Below, in pieces: positions 9,380 to 18,572 of a DNA stretch of 64,000 nt (its first letter is position 1; the number at the start of each line of letters is the position of its first letter). The notes under the pieces were generated by a model. The model did no database searches. It saw only the letters and a program-made list of their open reading frames with translations, and was not told the DNA's origin. Position numbers and translations under genes: made by a program. This DNA is from Chloroflexota bacterium (lineage in GTDB: Bacteria; Chloroflexota; Limnocylindria; Limnocylindrales; CSP1-4). The DNA is taken from contig JAJXTS010000001.1 of assembly GCA_021783595.1 (NCBI GenBank), forward strand, positions 34 through 64,033. The letters run 5' to 3'.

Positions 9380-10271
9380 CGGCGGCCTCCCGGTACTGGG
9401 CAAGGAACAGGTCCTCGAGGCTCGGCTCGGCGCTGGCGAGCGACAGCACCGTATGGCGCGCCGCCTCCTTGGCCACGGCGTCGACGGGACCGGCCACCGA
9501 GCACGTCACCGAGGTGCCGTCGGCGCGCACCGCCGTCACTCCCGGCAGGCCCGCGAACGCGTCCGCGGGCACCGCCTCGGCGAACTCGAACGAGATCTGC
9601 CTGACCGCGCGGGCCTTGAACGCGGCGATGCCCTCCACGGCCACCAGCCGCCCCTCGCGAATGAAGGCAACCCGGTCGCACGCCCGCTCGGCCTCGGGCA
9701 GCACATGCGACGACAGGAACACCGACCGGCCCTCCGCGCGGACCTCGGCCAGCAGCTCGAACAGCGTGAGCTGGACCAGCGGATCGAGCCCGGTCGTGGG
9801 CTCATCGAGGATCAGCAGGTCGGGCGCGGCGCCGAGGGCCGCCACCAGCCCGACCTTCTGCTTCGTCCCGTGCGAGAGGGTGCGGATCTCCCGGGTCAGG
9901 TCGAGGTCGAGGCGGTCCGCCAGGCGCGCCTCCAGCGCCCGGTCCCGCTGCCCTCGCAGGCTCCCGAAGTAGTCCAGCAGCTCCCGGCCGCTCAGGCTCT
10001 CGTACAGGCGCAGGCCCCCAGGCAGGTAGCCGACCCGGCGCCGCGCCTCGGTCCCGCGCCGCCGCACGTCGAGCCCGAACAGCTCGGCGCTGCCCCGGGT
10101 CGGCCGGATGAGGCCGAGCAGGAGGCGGATCGTGGTGGTCTTGCCGGCACCGTTCGGGCCCAGGTAGCCCACGATCTCCCCGGGTCCGACCTCAAGGTCG
10201 AGGCCTTCCACGCCGCGGTTGCGGCCGTACCACTTGGTCAGGTCGAGCGTCCTGATGACGGGCTGGCTCAC
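9369..10271 (-). CDS. ABC transporter ATP-binding protein
   Basis: Walker A GPNGAGKTTT, signature LSHGTKQKV, Walker B LLILDEPTTGLD. Start at GTG 10271 with GGGAGG 6 nt upstream. Confidence 0.85.
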   Translation of the reverse strand: MSQPVIRTLDLTKWYGRNRGVEGLDLEVGPGEIVGYLGPNGAGKTTTIRLLLGLIRPTRGSAELFGLDVRRRGTEARRRVGYLPGGLRLYESLSGRELLDYFGSLRGQRDRALEARLADRLDLDLTREIRTLSHGTKQKVGLVAALGAAPDLLILDEPTTGLDPLVQLTLFELLAEVRAEGRSVFLSSHVLPEAERACDRVAFIREGRLVAVEGIAAFKARAVRQISFEFAEAVPADAFAGLPGVTAVRADGTSVTCSVAGPVDAVAKEAARHTVLSLASAEPSLEDLFLAQYREAADAA

Positions 10272-10445
10272 GGCGCACCTCCCCGGCCGGCCGAGCATCG
10301 CAGGTCCGGCCGCCACGGGGGAGGGCCGCATCGCCCGAAGGGGGCGGCGCGCGGCGACAACGGCGACCTGCCAGGCTTCCGCCATGCGTCAAGCGACGGC
10401 CGACACGGGCCGGGCGCGGCCCCGACCCGGCTGCGCCCGGGAACG

Positions 10446-11231
10446 CTACCGGTCCAGCCGCTCGAGGACGGCGCCGAGCTCGTCGAGCGACGTGAGCACG
10501 GCATCCGCCTCCACCGCGCCGTCGCGCTCGCTGCCGGGCAGCGGCGAGTCCTCGGGCCGGTTCGCGAGCCAGGCGGCGCGCCAGCCCGCCTGCTTGGCCC
10601 CGACGATGTCCGCGGCCCAGTCGTCACCGACGTGGAGGATGCGGTCGGGCCGCGGGCCGCCGAGCGCCTCGCGGGCCGCAGCGAAGATCGCCGGGTGGGG
10701 CTTGATGGTCCCCACGCGCTGGCTGACCACGATCGCCGCGAGGTGGGGCGTCCAGCCCGCCGCCTCGCAGTAGCGGTCGATGGTGGCCGCCAGGGGCCAG
10801 TTGGACAGGACCGCGACGCGCCGCTCGCGGGCCAGCCGCGCGATGAGCTCGCCAGCCCCGGGCTCGGCCGGCAGCGCCTCCACGAACGCCCGCGAGTAGA
10901 CCTCCACGGCCCACGCCGCCTCGCCCGGGTCGCTCAGGCGGGCGGCGGCCGCGTCGTCCCAACGGGCGTCGTCGGGCGGGGGCGCCATCCCCCGAAGGCG
11001 GGCGAGGATGCGCACGATCCGCTGCGCCATGTCCACCTCGCGGAACTGCGGGACCTCCTCGCGGAACTGGCGGTCGCGCTCCCGGCCCCACAGGTCCAGG
11101 ACGAGCCCCGGATCGAACGGCCCCAGGCGCTCGGCCATCGCCCGCGCGGTGATCGCGACGACGCCGCGCAGCGCGGCCCCGGGCACCGGGACCAGCGTGT
11201 TGCCGAAGTCCAGCGTGACGGCCTCGATCAC
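10446..11231 (-). CDS. HAD-superfamily hydrolase (variant motif I DFGNT)
   Basis: LDFGNTL near the N-terminus, VAVLSNW, and HVGDDWAADIVGA motif IV. GTG start 11231 overlaps the upstream stop (GTGA). Confidence 0.6.
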   Translation of the reverse strand: MIEAVTLDFGNTLVPVPGAALRGVVAITARAMAERLGPFDPGLVLDLWGRERDRQFREEVPQFREVDMAQRIVRILARLRGMAPPPDDARWDDAAAARLSDPGEAAWAVEVYSRAFVEALPAEPGAGELIARLARERRVAVLSNWPLAATIDRYCEAAGWTPHLAAIVVSQRVGTIKPHPAIFAAAREALGGPRPDRILHVGDDWAADIVGAKQAGWRAAWLANRPEDSPLPGSERDGAVEADAVLTSLDELGAVLERLDR

Positions 11232-12121
11232 CGCTCGGTCCCCTCCCCCGCCACGGCCGCCAGCCGTGCGCGCGCGATTGCCACCGCGGCCGGGTTGCGG
11301 TCCGCCAGCAGCCAGCGCCGCCCGAGCCTCGCCGCCGCGACGCCCGTGGTGCCGCTCCCCGCGTACGGGTCCAGCACCAGGTCCCCCGGCCGGCTCGACG
11401 CGGCCACGATGCGCTCGAGCAGCCGCACCGGCTTCTGCGTGGGGTACCCGGTCCGCTCGCGGCCCCCCGGCGGCACGATCGTCATCCACCACACGTCCGT
11501 GGGCAGCTTGCCGCGGGAGGCCCTCTCCGGGCCCACGAGCCCCGGCGCCATGTACGGGATCCGGTCGATGGCGTCGCGCTCGAAGACCCAGGCTTCGCCC
11601 TTGGCGTACCACAGGATCGTGTCGTGCTTGCGCGGCCAGCGGTCCGGCGCGCGTCCGCCGTAGTCATACGCCCAGACGATCTCGTTGAGGAAGCGGTCCG
11701 GGCCGAACACCTCGTCCAGCAGAAGGCGGGCGTGGTGTGCGGTGCGCCAGTCAACGTGCAGGTACAGCGAGCCGTGCGGCGCCAGTGCGCGGTGGACGGC
11801 CTCCAGCCGCAGCCGCAGGGCCGCGAGGTGCTCGTCCAGCGGCAACGAGTCCTCGTAGGCGAGATCGCTCCTGACCTCGTAGGCCGTGGGCTCGCCGCGG
11901 AAGCCGGCACGGCGGTGCTCGCCCGACCCGAGCCGGATGGACTGCAGCCGCCGCGCCGAGCCCGTGGCGAACGGCGGGTCCGCGTAGGCCAGGTCCACGC
12001 ACGCGTCCGGCAGCGCCTCGAGCAGCGCGAGGTTGTCCGCCTCCACCACGGCGCCCCGAACGCGCCCCTCCAGCACGGCCTCCACCGCCGCCCGCGCCGC
12101 CGGGTCCAGCCCGTCGGTCAC
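11228..12121 (-). CDS. DNA methyltransferase, N4/N6 (beta-class, PF01555-like)
   Basis: Motif IV DPPF near the N-terminus (LAYADPPFATGS) and motif I near the C-terminus (LVLDPYAGSGTTGVAA). 297 aa. Confidence 0.8.
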   Translation of the reverse strand: MTDGLDPAARAAVEAVLEGRVRGAVVEADNLALLEALPDACVDLAYADPPFATGSARRLQSIRLGSGEHRRAGFRGEPTAYEVRSDLAYEDSLPLDEHLAALRLRLEAVHRALAPHGSLYLHVDWRTAHHARLLLDEVFGPDRFLNEIVWAYDYGGRAPDRWPRKHDTILWYAKGEAWVFERDAIDRIPYMAPGLVGPERASRGKLPTDVWWMTIVPPGGRERTGYPTQKPVRLLERIVAASSRPGDLVLDPYAGSGTTGVAAARLGRRWLLADRNPAAVAIARARLAAVAGEGTER

Positions 12122-15100
12122 CGCGCGGCGCTCGAGGGGCAGATCTCGCGGTAGGCGCAGAACCCGCAGGCGATGTAGTCCGGCTTGGGGCGGAAGTCGC
12201 GGGCTCGGATGCCGGCCGCAGCGCCGCGAACCGCCTCGCGCGCCTTGTCGATGCGCTTGCGGTCCACCGGGGCGGTGCCCACCAGCCCCGTCTCGAGGAA
12301 GTGCAGCGCCACCTCGTCGGGCAGCCGGCCGGTCATCGCCTCGTAGGCCATGGCGTAGATGGAGAGCTGCAGCGAGTTCCTCGCCCGCTCGCGCGCCTTG
12401 GCCGGGTCCCGCACGTCCGAGGACTTGTAGTCCGTGATGACGACGAACTCCGGGGCGAGCCCGAGCGTGGGCTCCACCACGTCCGCGGCGAAGGTCCCTC
12501 CGGATGCGGGCGCGGCGGCCCCGGTCTCGCGCGCAGCCACGTCCACCCGGTCGAACCGCCCCCTCACTCGGTCCCCGTCGAGGAGGAACGAGAAGTCCCG
12601 CTCGACATAGGCCGGCGGCACGACGCCGGGACGGAGCTGCTCCCCGCGGAACCGGCGCAGGGCATCCCGCCCCGAGGCCAGCCGCGCCTCCTCGTGGTCG
12701 CGCGACAGGAAGCCCTCGCCCGACCAGGCCGCCTCGAAGGCCGCCAGCAGCCGGTCCTCGCCCATGACCTCGCCGCGCGCGTGGCGCTTGTGGAACTCGG
12801 ACACGGCGGCGTGCAGCGCGGCCCCGTAGATGATCGAGTGGTGCGGCGCGAGCGGCACGCGCAGCAGGTGGGCGAACTTGTACTTGAGCGGGCAGGTCAG
12901 GTAGTCGTCGATGGCGTAGAAGCTCAGCGTGAGCGGCTCGCCCTCGCGCTGCGGCACGGCCGCGGGTGCGGCCTCGGCGCGCTGGAGGCTGGCCAGCCGT
13001 TCCAGCGGCCGCTGCGCCTTGGCGCCCGCGCCCGCCGACCCCTCGGCGACCGGCAGGTCCAGCGCCTCGAGCACGAACGGCGACACGCGCCGCGCCCGAG
13101 CCCCGCCGTAGTCCGCCGCGTGGGTGAGGACCAGCTCGTCACGCGCTCGCGTCATGCCCACGTAGAACAGGCGGCGCTCCTCCTGCAGCTGGTAGTCGCC
13201 CTCCGGCAGCGTCTCGTCCACCAGCTCCACGGGCAGCGGGAGCGGCTCCCGCCGGGCCGTGGCTGGGAACCGCCCGGACACGAGGCCCGGCAGGTACACC
13301 ACCGGGAACTCGAGGCCCTTGGCCTTGTGCACGGTCATCACGGCGACGGCGTCCGCGTCCGGGTCGATGTCCGCGGTGGCCGGGTCGTCACCCGCGGCGA
13401 TCAGCGTCTGGAGGTGCGGCGCCAGAAAGATCGCCCGGTCGTCTGGGAGCAGCGCCGACTGCGCGCGGACGATGTCGAAGAAGCGGGCGAGATTGGACAG
13501 CGCCTCCTCCGCGGCCACGGTGCCTGCCGCCGCGAGCCGCTTGAGCCAGCCCGTCTCCCGCATGAAGGCGTACGCCACCTCGCCCGCGGGCCGCTCGTGC
13601 CCGAGGGTGACGAAGCGCTGGACGTCCGCCACCAGCCTGGCGCCCGCCGTCCGCGTCTGCGGCGACAGCCGCAGGATCCCCGGCTGACGGCCAAGCTCTT
13701 CGAGCACCTCGAGGACCGACCGGTTTCGGCGCCGCGCCATCTGGACGACGGCCGCGAGGTCCTCGCCCCCCAGGCCGTACAAGTCCGAGGCGGCGAGCGC
13801 ATAGACGTCCACCGACGAGCCGGGGTTCGCCACAGCGCGCAGGAACGCCAGCAGGAGCTTTACCTCCGGCCGCGCGTAGAGGCCGCTCGTGCCGGAGAAC
13901 CGCCACGGGATCCCCTCCAGGTTGAGCGAGCGCAGGATGGGGTCCGCGGCCGCGTTGGAGCGCACCAGCACCGCCATGTCCCGGGCGCGCGCGCCGGCCG
14001 CGATGCGCCGGGCGGCGTCCTTGGCGATCCAGTCCGCCTCCTCCGCCCCGGTGGAGAACGCCTCGTGGCGGACCGGGACCGCCTTGCCCTTCCGGGCGGC
14101 GACCAGCCGCTTGACGATCCCCGCCCGCACCTCGAGGCGGTCCGGGTCGTTGTGGCGGACGAGCCGGTAGGCGGCATCCAGGATCGGCGCGCGGGACCGG
14201 TAGTTGCGCCGCAGCACGACCGTGCGGGCGGCTTTGTACCGCTCGCGGAACTCGAGGATGTTGCTGATGGCCGCGCCGCGGAACTTGTAGATGGACTGGT
14301 CGTCGTCCCCCACGACCGTCACGTTGCGGTGCCGCTGCGCCACCAGCGCCACGAGCTCGGCCTGTGCCCGGTTGGTGTCCTGGAACTCGTCCACCAGGAC
14401 GTACTTGAACCGTTGCTGGACGGCCTCCCGGGCCGACGGCGACTCCCGCATCAGGCGGAGGGCCAGGCTCACCTGGTCGCCGAAATCCACCGCCCCGTGC
14501 GCGGCCATGAGCCGCTGGTAGGTGCCGTACGCCCGAGCCAGCTCCAGCCGGCGGCGCGCCTCCTCCGCCAGCGCGAGCGCCGCTTCCCGGTCCGCCGCGG
14601 GGTTGGCCTCCGCCGCCGCGACAGCTGCCGCCGCCGTCTCCGACAGCGACGCCGCGTGGGCCAGGAACGCCTCCGGCGACACGTCCTCGTCCTTGGCCCG
14701 GCTGAACAACGTGGCCAGCGCGTCGAGGAACTTGGTGGGATCGCCCAGCGGGCGGTACTCGTCCAGCCCCAGCTCAAAGACGCGCTCGCGCAGGAACACC
14801 ACGGTCTCCGGCCGGCTCAGCACCCGCAGGTCCGGCGGCAGCCCGAGCTCCAGCGCGAACTCGCGGAGCAGCCGGTCCCCGAACGCGTGGAAGGTGGAGA
14901 TGGCGGTGTCCGTGTAGCCGTACGGGACGAGCTGGTCCACCCGCGTCTGCATCTCGTCCGCGGCCTGGTCCGTGAACGTGAGGGCCAGGATCTCCGACGG
15001 CCTCGCGCGCCGGGTGGCGATCAGCCACGCGATCCGGCGCGTGATGACCTGCGTCTTGCCGGTGCCGGCGCCCGCGACCACCAGCAGCGGCCCGTCCCCG

Positions 15101-15309
15101 TGCGTCACCGCGCGGAGCTGCTCCCGGTTGAGCCCGGCGAGCAGCGCCGTCAGCCCCTCGCCCGTCGTCTCCTGAGCGGCCGCCGGGGGCGCCTTCGTCC
15201 CGTGGGCGAGCGAGCCGGCCCAGACGGGGATCTGGACCAGGTCCGGCGCCGCGGATCGCCGGGGGCGACGCGTCATCGCCACGGGTCGGGGTGCGCGGAG
15301 ATCAGCCAC
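12118..15309 (-). CDS. UvrD/PcrA-family helicase with C-terminal Cas4/AddB-type PD-(D/E)xK nuclease carrying an Fe-S cluster (AdnB/AddB-like)
   Basis: 1063 aa. N-terminal Walker A VVAGAGTGKTQVI plus UvrD motifs. C-terminus has a Cas4-like first Cys (DDYLTCPLKYKF), a D-Y-K nuclease motif (ITDYKSS) and terminal CGFCAYREIC (C-x2-C-x5-C). Confidence 0.85.
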   Translation of the reverse strand: MADLRAPRPVAMTRRPRRSAAPDLVQIPVWAGSLAHGTKAPPAAAQETTGEGLTALLAGLNREQLRAVTHGDGPLLVVAGAGTGKTQVITRRIAWLIATRRARPSEILALTFTDQAADEMQTRVDQLVPYGYTDTAISTFHAFGDRLLREFALELGLPPDLRVLSRPETVVFLRERVFELGLDEYRPLGDPTKFLDALATLFSRAKDEDVSPEAFLAHAASLSETAAAAVAAAEANPAADREAALALAEEARRRLELARAYGTYQRLMAAHGAVDFGDQVSLALRLMRESPSAREAVQQRFKYVLVDEFQDTNRAQAELVALVAQRHRNVTVVGDDDQSIYKFRGAAISNILEFRERYKAARTVVLRRNYRSRAPILDAAYRLVRHNDPDRLEVRAGIVKRLVAARKGKAVPVRHEAFSTGAEEADWIAKDAARRIAAGARARDMAVLVRSNAAADPILRSLNLEGIPWRFSGTSGLYARPEVKLLLAFLRAVANPGSSVDVYALAASDLYGLGGEDLAAVVQMARRRNRSVLEVLEELGRQPGILRLSPQTRTAGARLVADVQRFVTLGHERPAGEVAYAFMRETGWLKRLAAAGTVAAEEALSNLARFFDIVRAQSALLPDDRAIFLAPHLQTLIAAGDDPATADIDPDADAVAVMTVHKAKGLEFPVVYLPGLVSGRFPATARREPLPLPVELVDETLPEGDYQLQEERRLFYVGMTRARDELVLTHAADYGGARARRVSPFVLEALDLPVAEGSAGAGAKAQRPLERLASLQRAEAAPAAVPQREGEPLTLSFYAIDDYLTCPLKYKFAHLLRVPLAPHHSIIYGAALHAAVSEFHKRHARGEVMGEDRLLAAFEAAWSGEGFLSRDHEEARLASGRDALRRFRGEQLRPGVVPPAYVERDFSFLLDGDRVRGRFDRVDVAARETGAAAPASGGTFAADVVEPTLGLAPEFVVITDYKSSDVRDPAKARERARNSLQLSIYAMAYEAMTGRLPDEVALHFLETGLVGTAPVDRKRIDKAREAVRGAAAGIRARDFRPKPDYIACGFCAYREICPSSAAR

Positions 15310-15364
15310 GGGGGCAGGTTGCCGCCCCGCCGTGCCAGCTCCGGTGTCACGCCCGGGGACGCGG

Positions 15365-15868
15365 TCAGGACGACCGGGCGCTCGGCGCGACCTGGCCCAT
15401 CGCCTGGCGGAGCGCCTCGGCCTCCTCGTCGGAGAGCGCCGCCTCCGACTTGCCGCCGGCGATCGCCTTGGCGTAGACGCGCGTGTTCTGCCGGGCGTGG
15501 AGGCTGCTCAGCACCATTCCGTCGCCGTCCTCGTCCAGCAGCGCGATGGCGAAGCTCTGGTTGCCGCCGGTGTCCTCGAACGGGTTGTAGCGGACGAGCC
15601 CGGTCCGCTGGACCGCCTTGCGCTGGACCGCCTCCAGCACCGTCGCCCGCGAGGCGAGCCGGTCAACCCCCGAGGCGAGCGTCGCGACATGCTCGAGCGT
15701 CGCGTGGAGCGTGGACTCCAGGCTGCTGCCGTCACCCGCGCTGGTGAGGTCGGCCAGCCGGCGCTCGAGGCCGGCAACCCGCCGCCACAGCACCACGGCA
15801 ACCACGATCAGCCCGATGACGACGACGGCGAGGGCGGCCGCGACGAGGCCGCTGGCGGTGGGGTCCAA
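15365..15868 (-). CDS. DUF4446 family protein (N-terminal TM anchor)
   Basis: LVRYNPFEDTGGNQSFAIALLD core typical of DUF4446. 167 aa. Confidence 0.6.
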   Translation of the reverse strand: MDPTASGLVAAALAVVVIGLIVVAVVLWRRVAGLERRLADLTSAGDGSSLESTLHATLEHVATLASGVDRLASRATVLEAVQRKAVQRTGLVRYNPFEDTGGNQSFAIALLDEDGDGMVLSSLHARQNTRVYAKAIAGGKSEAALSDEEAEALRQAMGQVAPSARSS

Positions 15869-15991
15869 GCTCTCCTCCGGTAACCGACCGAGTCTACCAG
15901 CGGGACGCCGCGACGCGGACGCGGTGTATTCTTCCCCGCCGACGGCCCCGCGCTCGCGGGCGCCGGTCCACAGGAGGCCGAGTACCCCGCC

Positions 15992-16402
15992 ATGGCGAAG
16001 CGAGTCCGCGGCAGCGTCCGTCCCGGCCAGCGTCGGCCCATCGACCGCCGGCCTGCCACGACGTCGGCTGCGGGCGCCGCGTCGTCGTCAACGCCCGTGG
16101 CCGCGTCCGCGCCGCGCCCCCTTGGCCTGACCGAGGCCGAGGCGGCCCGCGCCGCCGAGCTCGAGGCACAGCTGCTCGAGCAGGAGCGCCAGGCGGAGGC
16201 TGCGCGAACGCGCGTCAGGGAGCGGTCCAGCCGCGAGCCCTCCAGCGGGCCGGCTGGCTCCCTGGCGGTCCGCGCCGAGCAGGAGTACGCCTACGTCGCG
16301 CGCGACGTGAAGCGCATCGGCGAGATGGCCGTCCTGATGCTGGCGATCCTCCTCGGCCTGTGGGCGCTCATCGACGTCGTCAAGGTCGTCACCATCAACT
16401 GA
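15992..16402 (+). CDS. hypothetical protein, Arg-rich N-terminus, coiled-coil, C-terminal TM helix
   Basis: 136-aa ORF immediately upstream of rarA on the same strand. The C-terminus MAVLMLAILLGLWALIDVV is hydrophobic. RBS spacing is poor, so the start is uncertain. Confidence 0.35.
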   Translation: MAKRVRGSVRPGQRRPIDRRPATTSAAGAASSSTPVAASAPRPLGLTEAEAARAAELEAQLLEQERQAEAARTRVRERSSREPSSGPAGSLAVRAEQEYAYVARDVKRIGEMAVLMLAILLGLWALIDVVKVVTIN

Positions 16403-16424
16403 CGACCGTCGTGGGCTGACGCCG

Positions 16425-17927
16425 ATGCCGCCTTCCCGGCGAACGGTTCCCGGCGCCCGGCCCGAGGCCCTGTTCCGGCCGCCGCCCGAGCGCCAGCCGC
16501 TCGCCGCCCGAATGCGACCGCGCACGCTCGACGAGTTCGCCGGCCAGGCCCACCTCGTGGGCGAGCGTGGTCCGCTCCGCCGTTCCGTGGCACGCGGCCA
16601 GCTCGCCTCGCTCCTGCTGTGGGGCCCGCCCGGCACCGGCAAGACGAGTCTCGCCCGCCTGCTCGCGGACGCGGTGGGCGCCGAGTTCCGGACCACCAGC
16701 GCCGTCCTGTCCGGGGTGGCAGAGGTCCGGGCCGCCATCGCCGAGGCACAGGACCAGCTCGCGCTGTCCGGCCGCCGGAGCGTGCTGTTCATCGACGAGA
16801 TCCACCGCTTCAACAAGGCCCAGCAGGACGCGCTCCTGCCCCACGTCGAGGACGGGACGGTCACGCTCATCGGCGCCACAACCGAGAACCCGTACTTCGA
16901 GGTGAACTCGGCCCTGCTCTCGCGGATGCGCGTGTGGCGGCTCGAGCCGCTGGCCGACGACGACATCGCCTCGATCCTCCGGCGCGCGCTGGCCGACGGG
17001 GAGCGCGGCCTGGCCGGGCCGCTGGGGCCGAAGGGCGGCGCGGCGCTGGCCGACGAGGCGTTCGAGCACCTGCTCGACGCGGCCGGGGGCGACGCGCGCC
17101 AGGCGCTCACCATCCTCGAGGGCGCGGTCACGCTCGCCGAGGACGAGGACGCCCGGGACGAGGCCGACCACGTCTCGCCCACCCTCGCCCACGTGGAGGC
17201 GGCTGCCCAGCAGCGGGTGCTCGCCTACGACCGTGCCGGCGACGGCCACTACGACACGGTCTCCGCGTTCATCAAGAGCCTCCGCGGCAACGACCCGGAC
17301 GCCGCGCTCTACTGGCTGGCGGCGATGATCGCGGCCGGCGAGGACCCCCGGTTCGTCGCCCGCCGGCTGATCATCTCGGCGTCCGAGGACGTGGGCAACG
17401 CGGACCCGCGGGCGCTCCAGGTGGCCGTCGCCGCAGCCCAGGCCCTCGACTACGTGGGGCTGCCCGAGGCCCAGTACGCGCTCGCCCAGGCCACTGCGAT
17501 TGTGGCTGCGTCTCCGAAGTCGGACGCGGTCGGCCGGGCCTATGCCGCGGCCATGGCCGACGTTCTCGCCCACGGTGCCCTTCCAGTCCCGAATCACGTG
17601 CGCAATGCTGCCGACCGCCGCCTGAAGCAGCACGGGATCGGGGTTGGCTACCGAAACCCGCACGACTACGAGGGCGACGACGTCGCCCAGCAGTACCTCC
17701 CCGACGCCCTCGCCGGCCGGCGCTACTACGTTCCCGGCGACCAGGGCCAGGAGGCCGGCATCGCGGCCCGCATGGCCGGGCGCGAGGAGTCTCGCCGCGA
17801 GCCGCCGCGCCGCAAGAAGTCGCGTCCCGGCGTCGACCCGATGCAGGTCTTCGGCCCGGGGATGAAGGCAGCGACGGAGGCCCGCGCACGGCTCGCCCAG
17901 CGGCAGCGCGACGACGCTGGCGACTGA
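16425..17927 (+). CDS. rarA: replication-associated recombination protein A (AAA+ ATPase)
   Basis: LLWGPPGTGKTSLARLLA Walker A, box VII and MgsA C-terminal domain. 500 aa. Confidence 0.9.
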   Translation: MPPSRRTVPGARPEALFRPPPERQPLAARMRPRTLDEFAGQAHLVGERGPLRRSVARGQLASLLLWGPPGTGKTSLARLLADAVGAEFRTTSAVLSGVAEVRAAIAEAQDQLALSGRRSVLFIDEIHRFNKAQQDALLPHVEDGTVTLIGATTENPYFEVNSALLSRMRVWRLEPLADDDIASILRRALADGERGLAGPLGPKGGAALADEAFEHLLDAAGGDARQALTILEGAVTLAEDEDARDEADHVSPTLAHVEAAAQQRVLAYDRAGDGHYDTVSAFIKSLRGNDPDAALYWLAAMIAAGEDPRFVARRLIISASEDVGNADPRALQVAVAAAQALDYVGLPEAQYALAQATAIVAASPKSDAVGRAYAAAMADVLAHGALPVPNHVRNAADRRLKQHGIGVGYRNPHDYEGDDVAQQYLPDALAGRRYYVPGDQGQEAGIAARMAGREESRREPPRRKKSRPGVDPMQVFGPGMKAATEARARLAQRQRDDAGD

Positions 17928-18572
17928 CCCGGCTGCCCATCGTGGGTGGCCACTCGGCGCCTGCGAAAGCACGCATGGCCGACCGATGCCTGCGGGCATC
18001 AACCGGCGAGCCGCAGGCCGGCCAGGAGGCCGAAGGCGAAGCCCGCCATCGGCAGCGCGGCGAGCAGCGCCGCCTGACGCCTCCAAGACAGGGTGAACGG
18101 CGCCGTCAGGCGACACCACCAGTCGGGCAGGTCCGCGTAGAACACCGTGCTCACCTCGAGAAGTCGGGCGTCGGCGTCGCGGTCGTCGGGCTTGCGGTGG
18201 ATGGAGAAGGGCACGGCGGCCTCCAGCTGGAGCCCGCGGGCGCGGGCGTGATCAGCGGTTCGTCAGCCGACGGTTCCGGGGTCAGCTCTCATGCGCACAC
18301 CCTCGCAGGCTCCCCTGACAGCTCTCATGGCACGGCTGGGGCTGGGCCGGCGTCAGCCCGGGATCGTCGCATCGGCAGCCGGCAAGGAGACTCGAGGTCC
18401 GGCTCGGGACTGTGACACCAGAGCTGTCGCGGCGCCTGTCCAGGATGAGCGTGGTTCCCGGACGGCGGTGCGCCTGAGCCGCGTCCACCTCAGGCATCGG
18501 CGGCCGAACGCGAACCATGGCGGCGCCCGATGCCCGTCGGGCGCGGCACACCGAAGTCGAGGGGGTCAATCC

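Noticed and set aside
11228-12121. Calling a complete restriction-modification system
   Set aside because: No recognisable restriction endonuclease. The adjacent helicase-nuclease has an AddB/AdnB-type, not a REase-type, architecture. It is kept as a hypothesis in the findings instead.
2169-15747. Very long ORFs on the opposite strand or alternate frames of recognised genes (2169..4505, 4432..6300, 6243..8705, 9309..11663, 12301..15747; also 19223..21862, 19281..21629, 40924..43386, 25430..27493 N-terminal part, 58130..60889 N-terminal part)
   Set aside because: Their translations are Arg/Ala/Gly/Pro-rich low complexity. They fully overlap genes with clear family motifs. The genome is about 72% GC, so stop codons are rare in all frames. 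Only the 3' segments of 25430..27493 (histidine phosphatase) and 58130..60889 (regulator) are real, and those are called separately.
17999-18214. 71-aa minus-strand ORF in the 640-bp gap after rarA
   Set aside because: No RBS and no recognisable family. The hydrophobic tail alone is insufficient, so the region is left as non-coding or uncertain.
18391-18440. Possible third locus related to the A1/A2 repeat
   Set aside because: Similarity is patchy (about 60%) and compatible with chance in GC-rich DNA.
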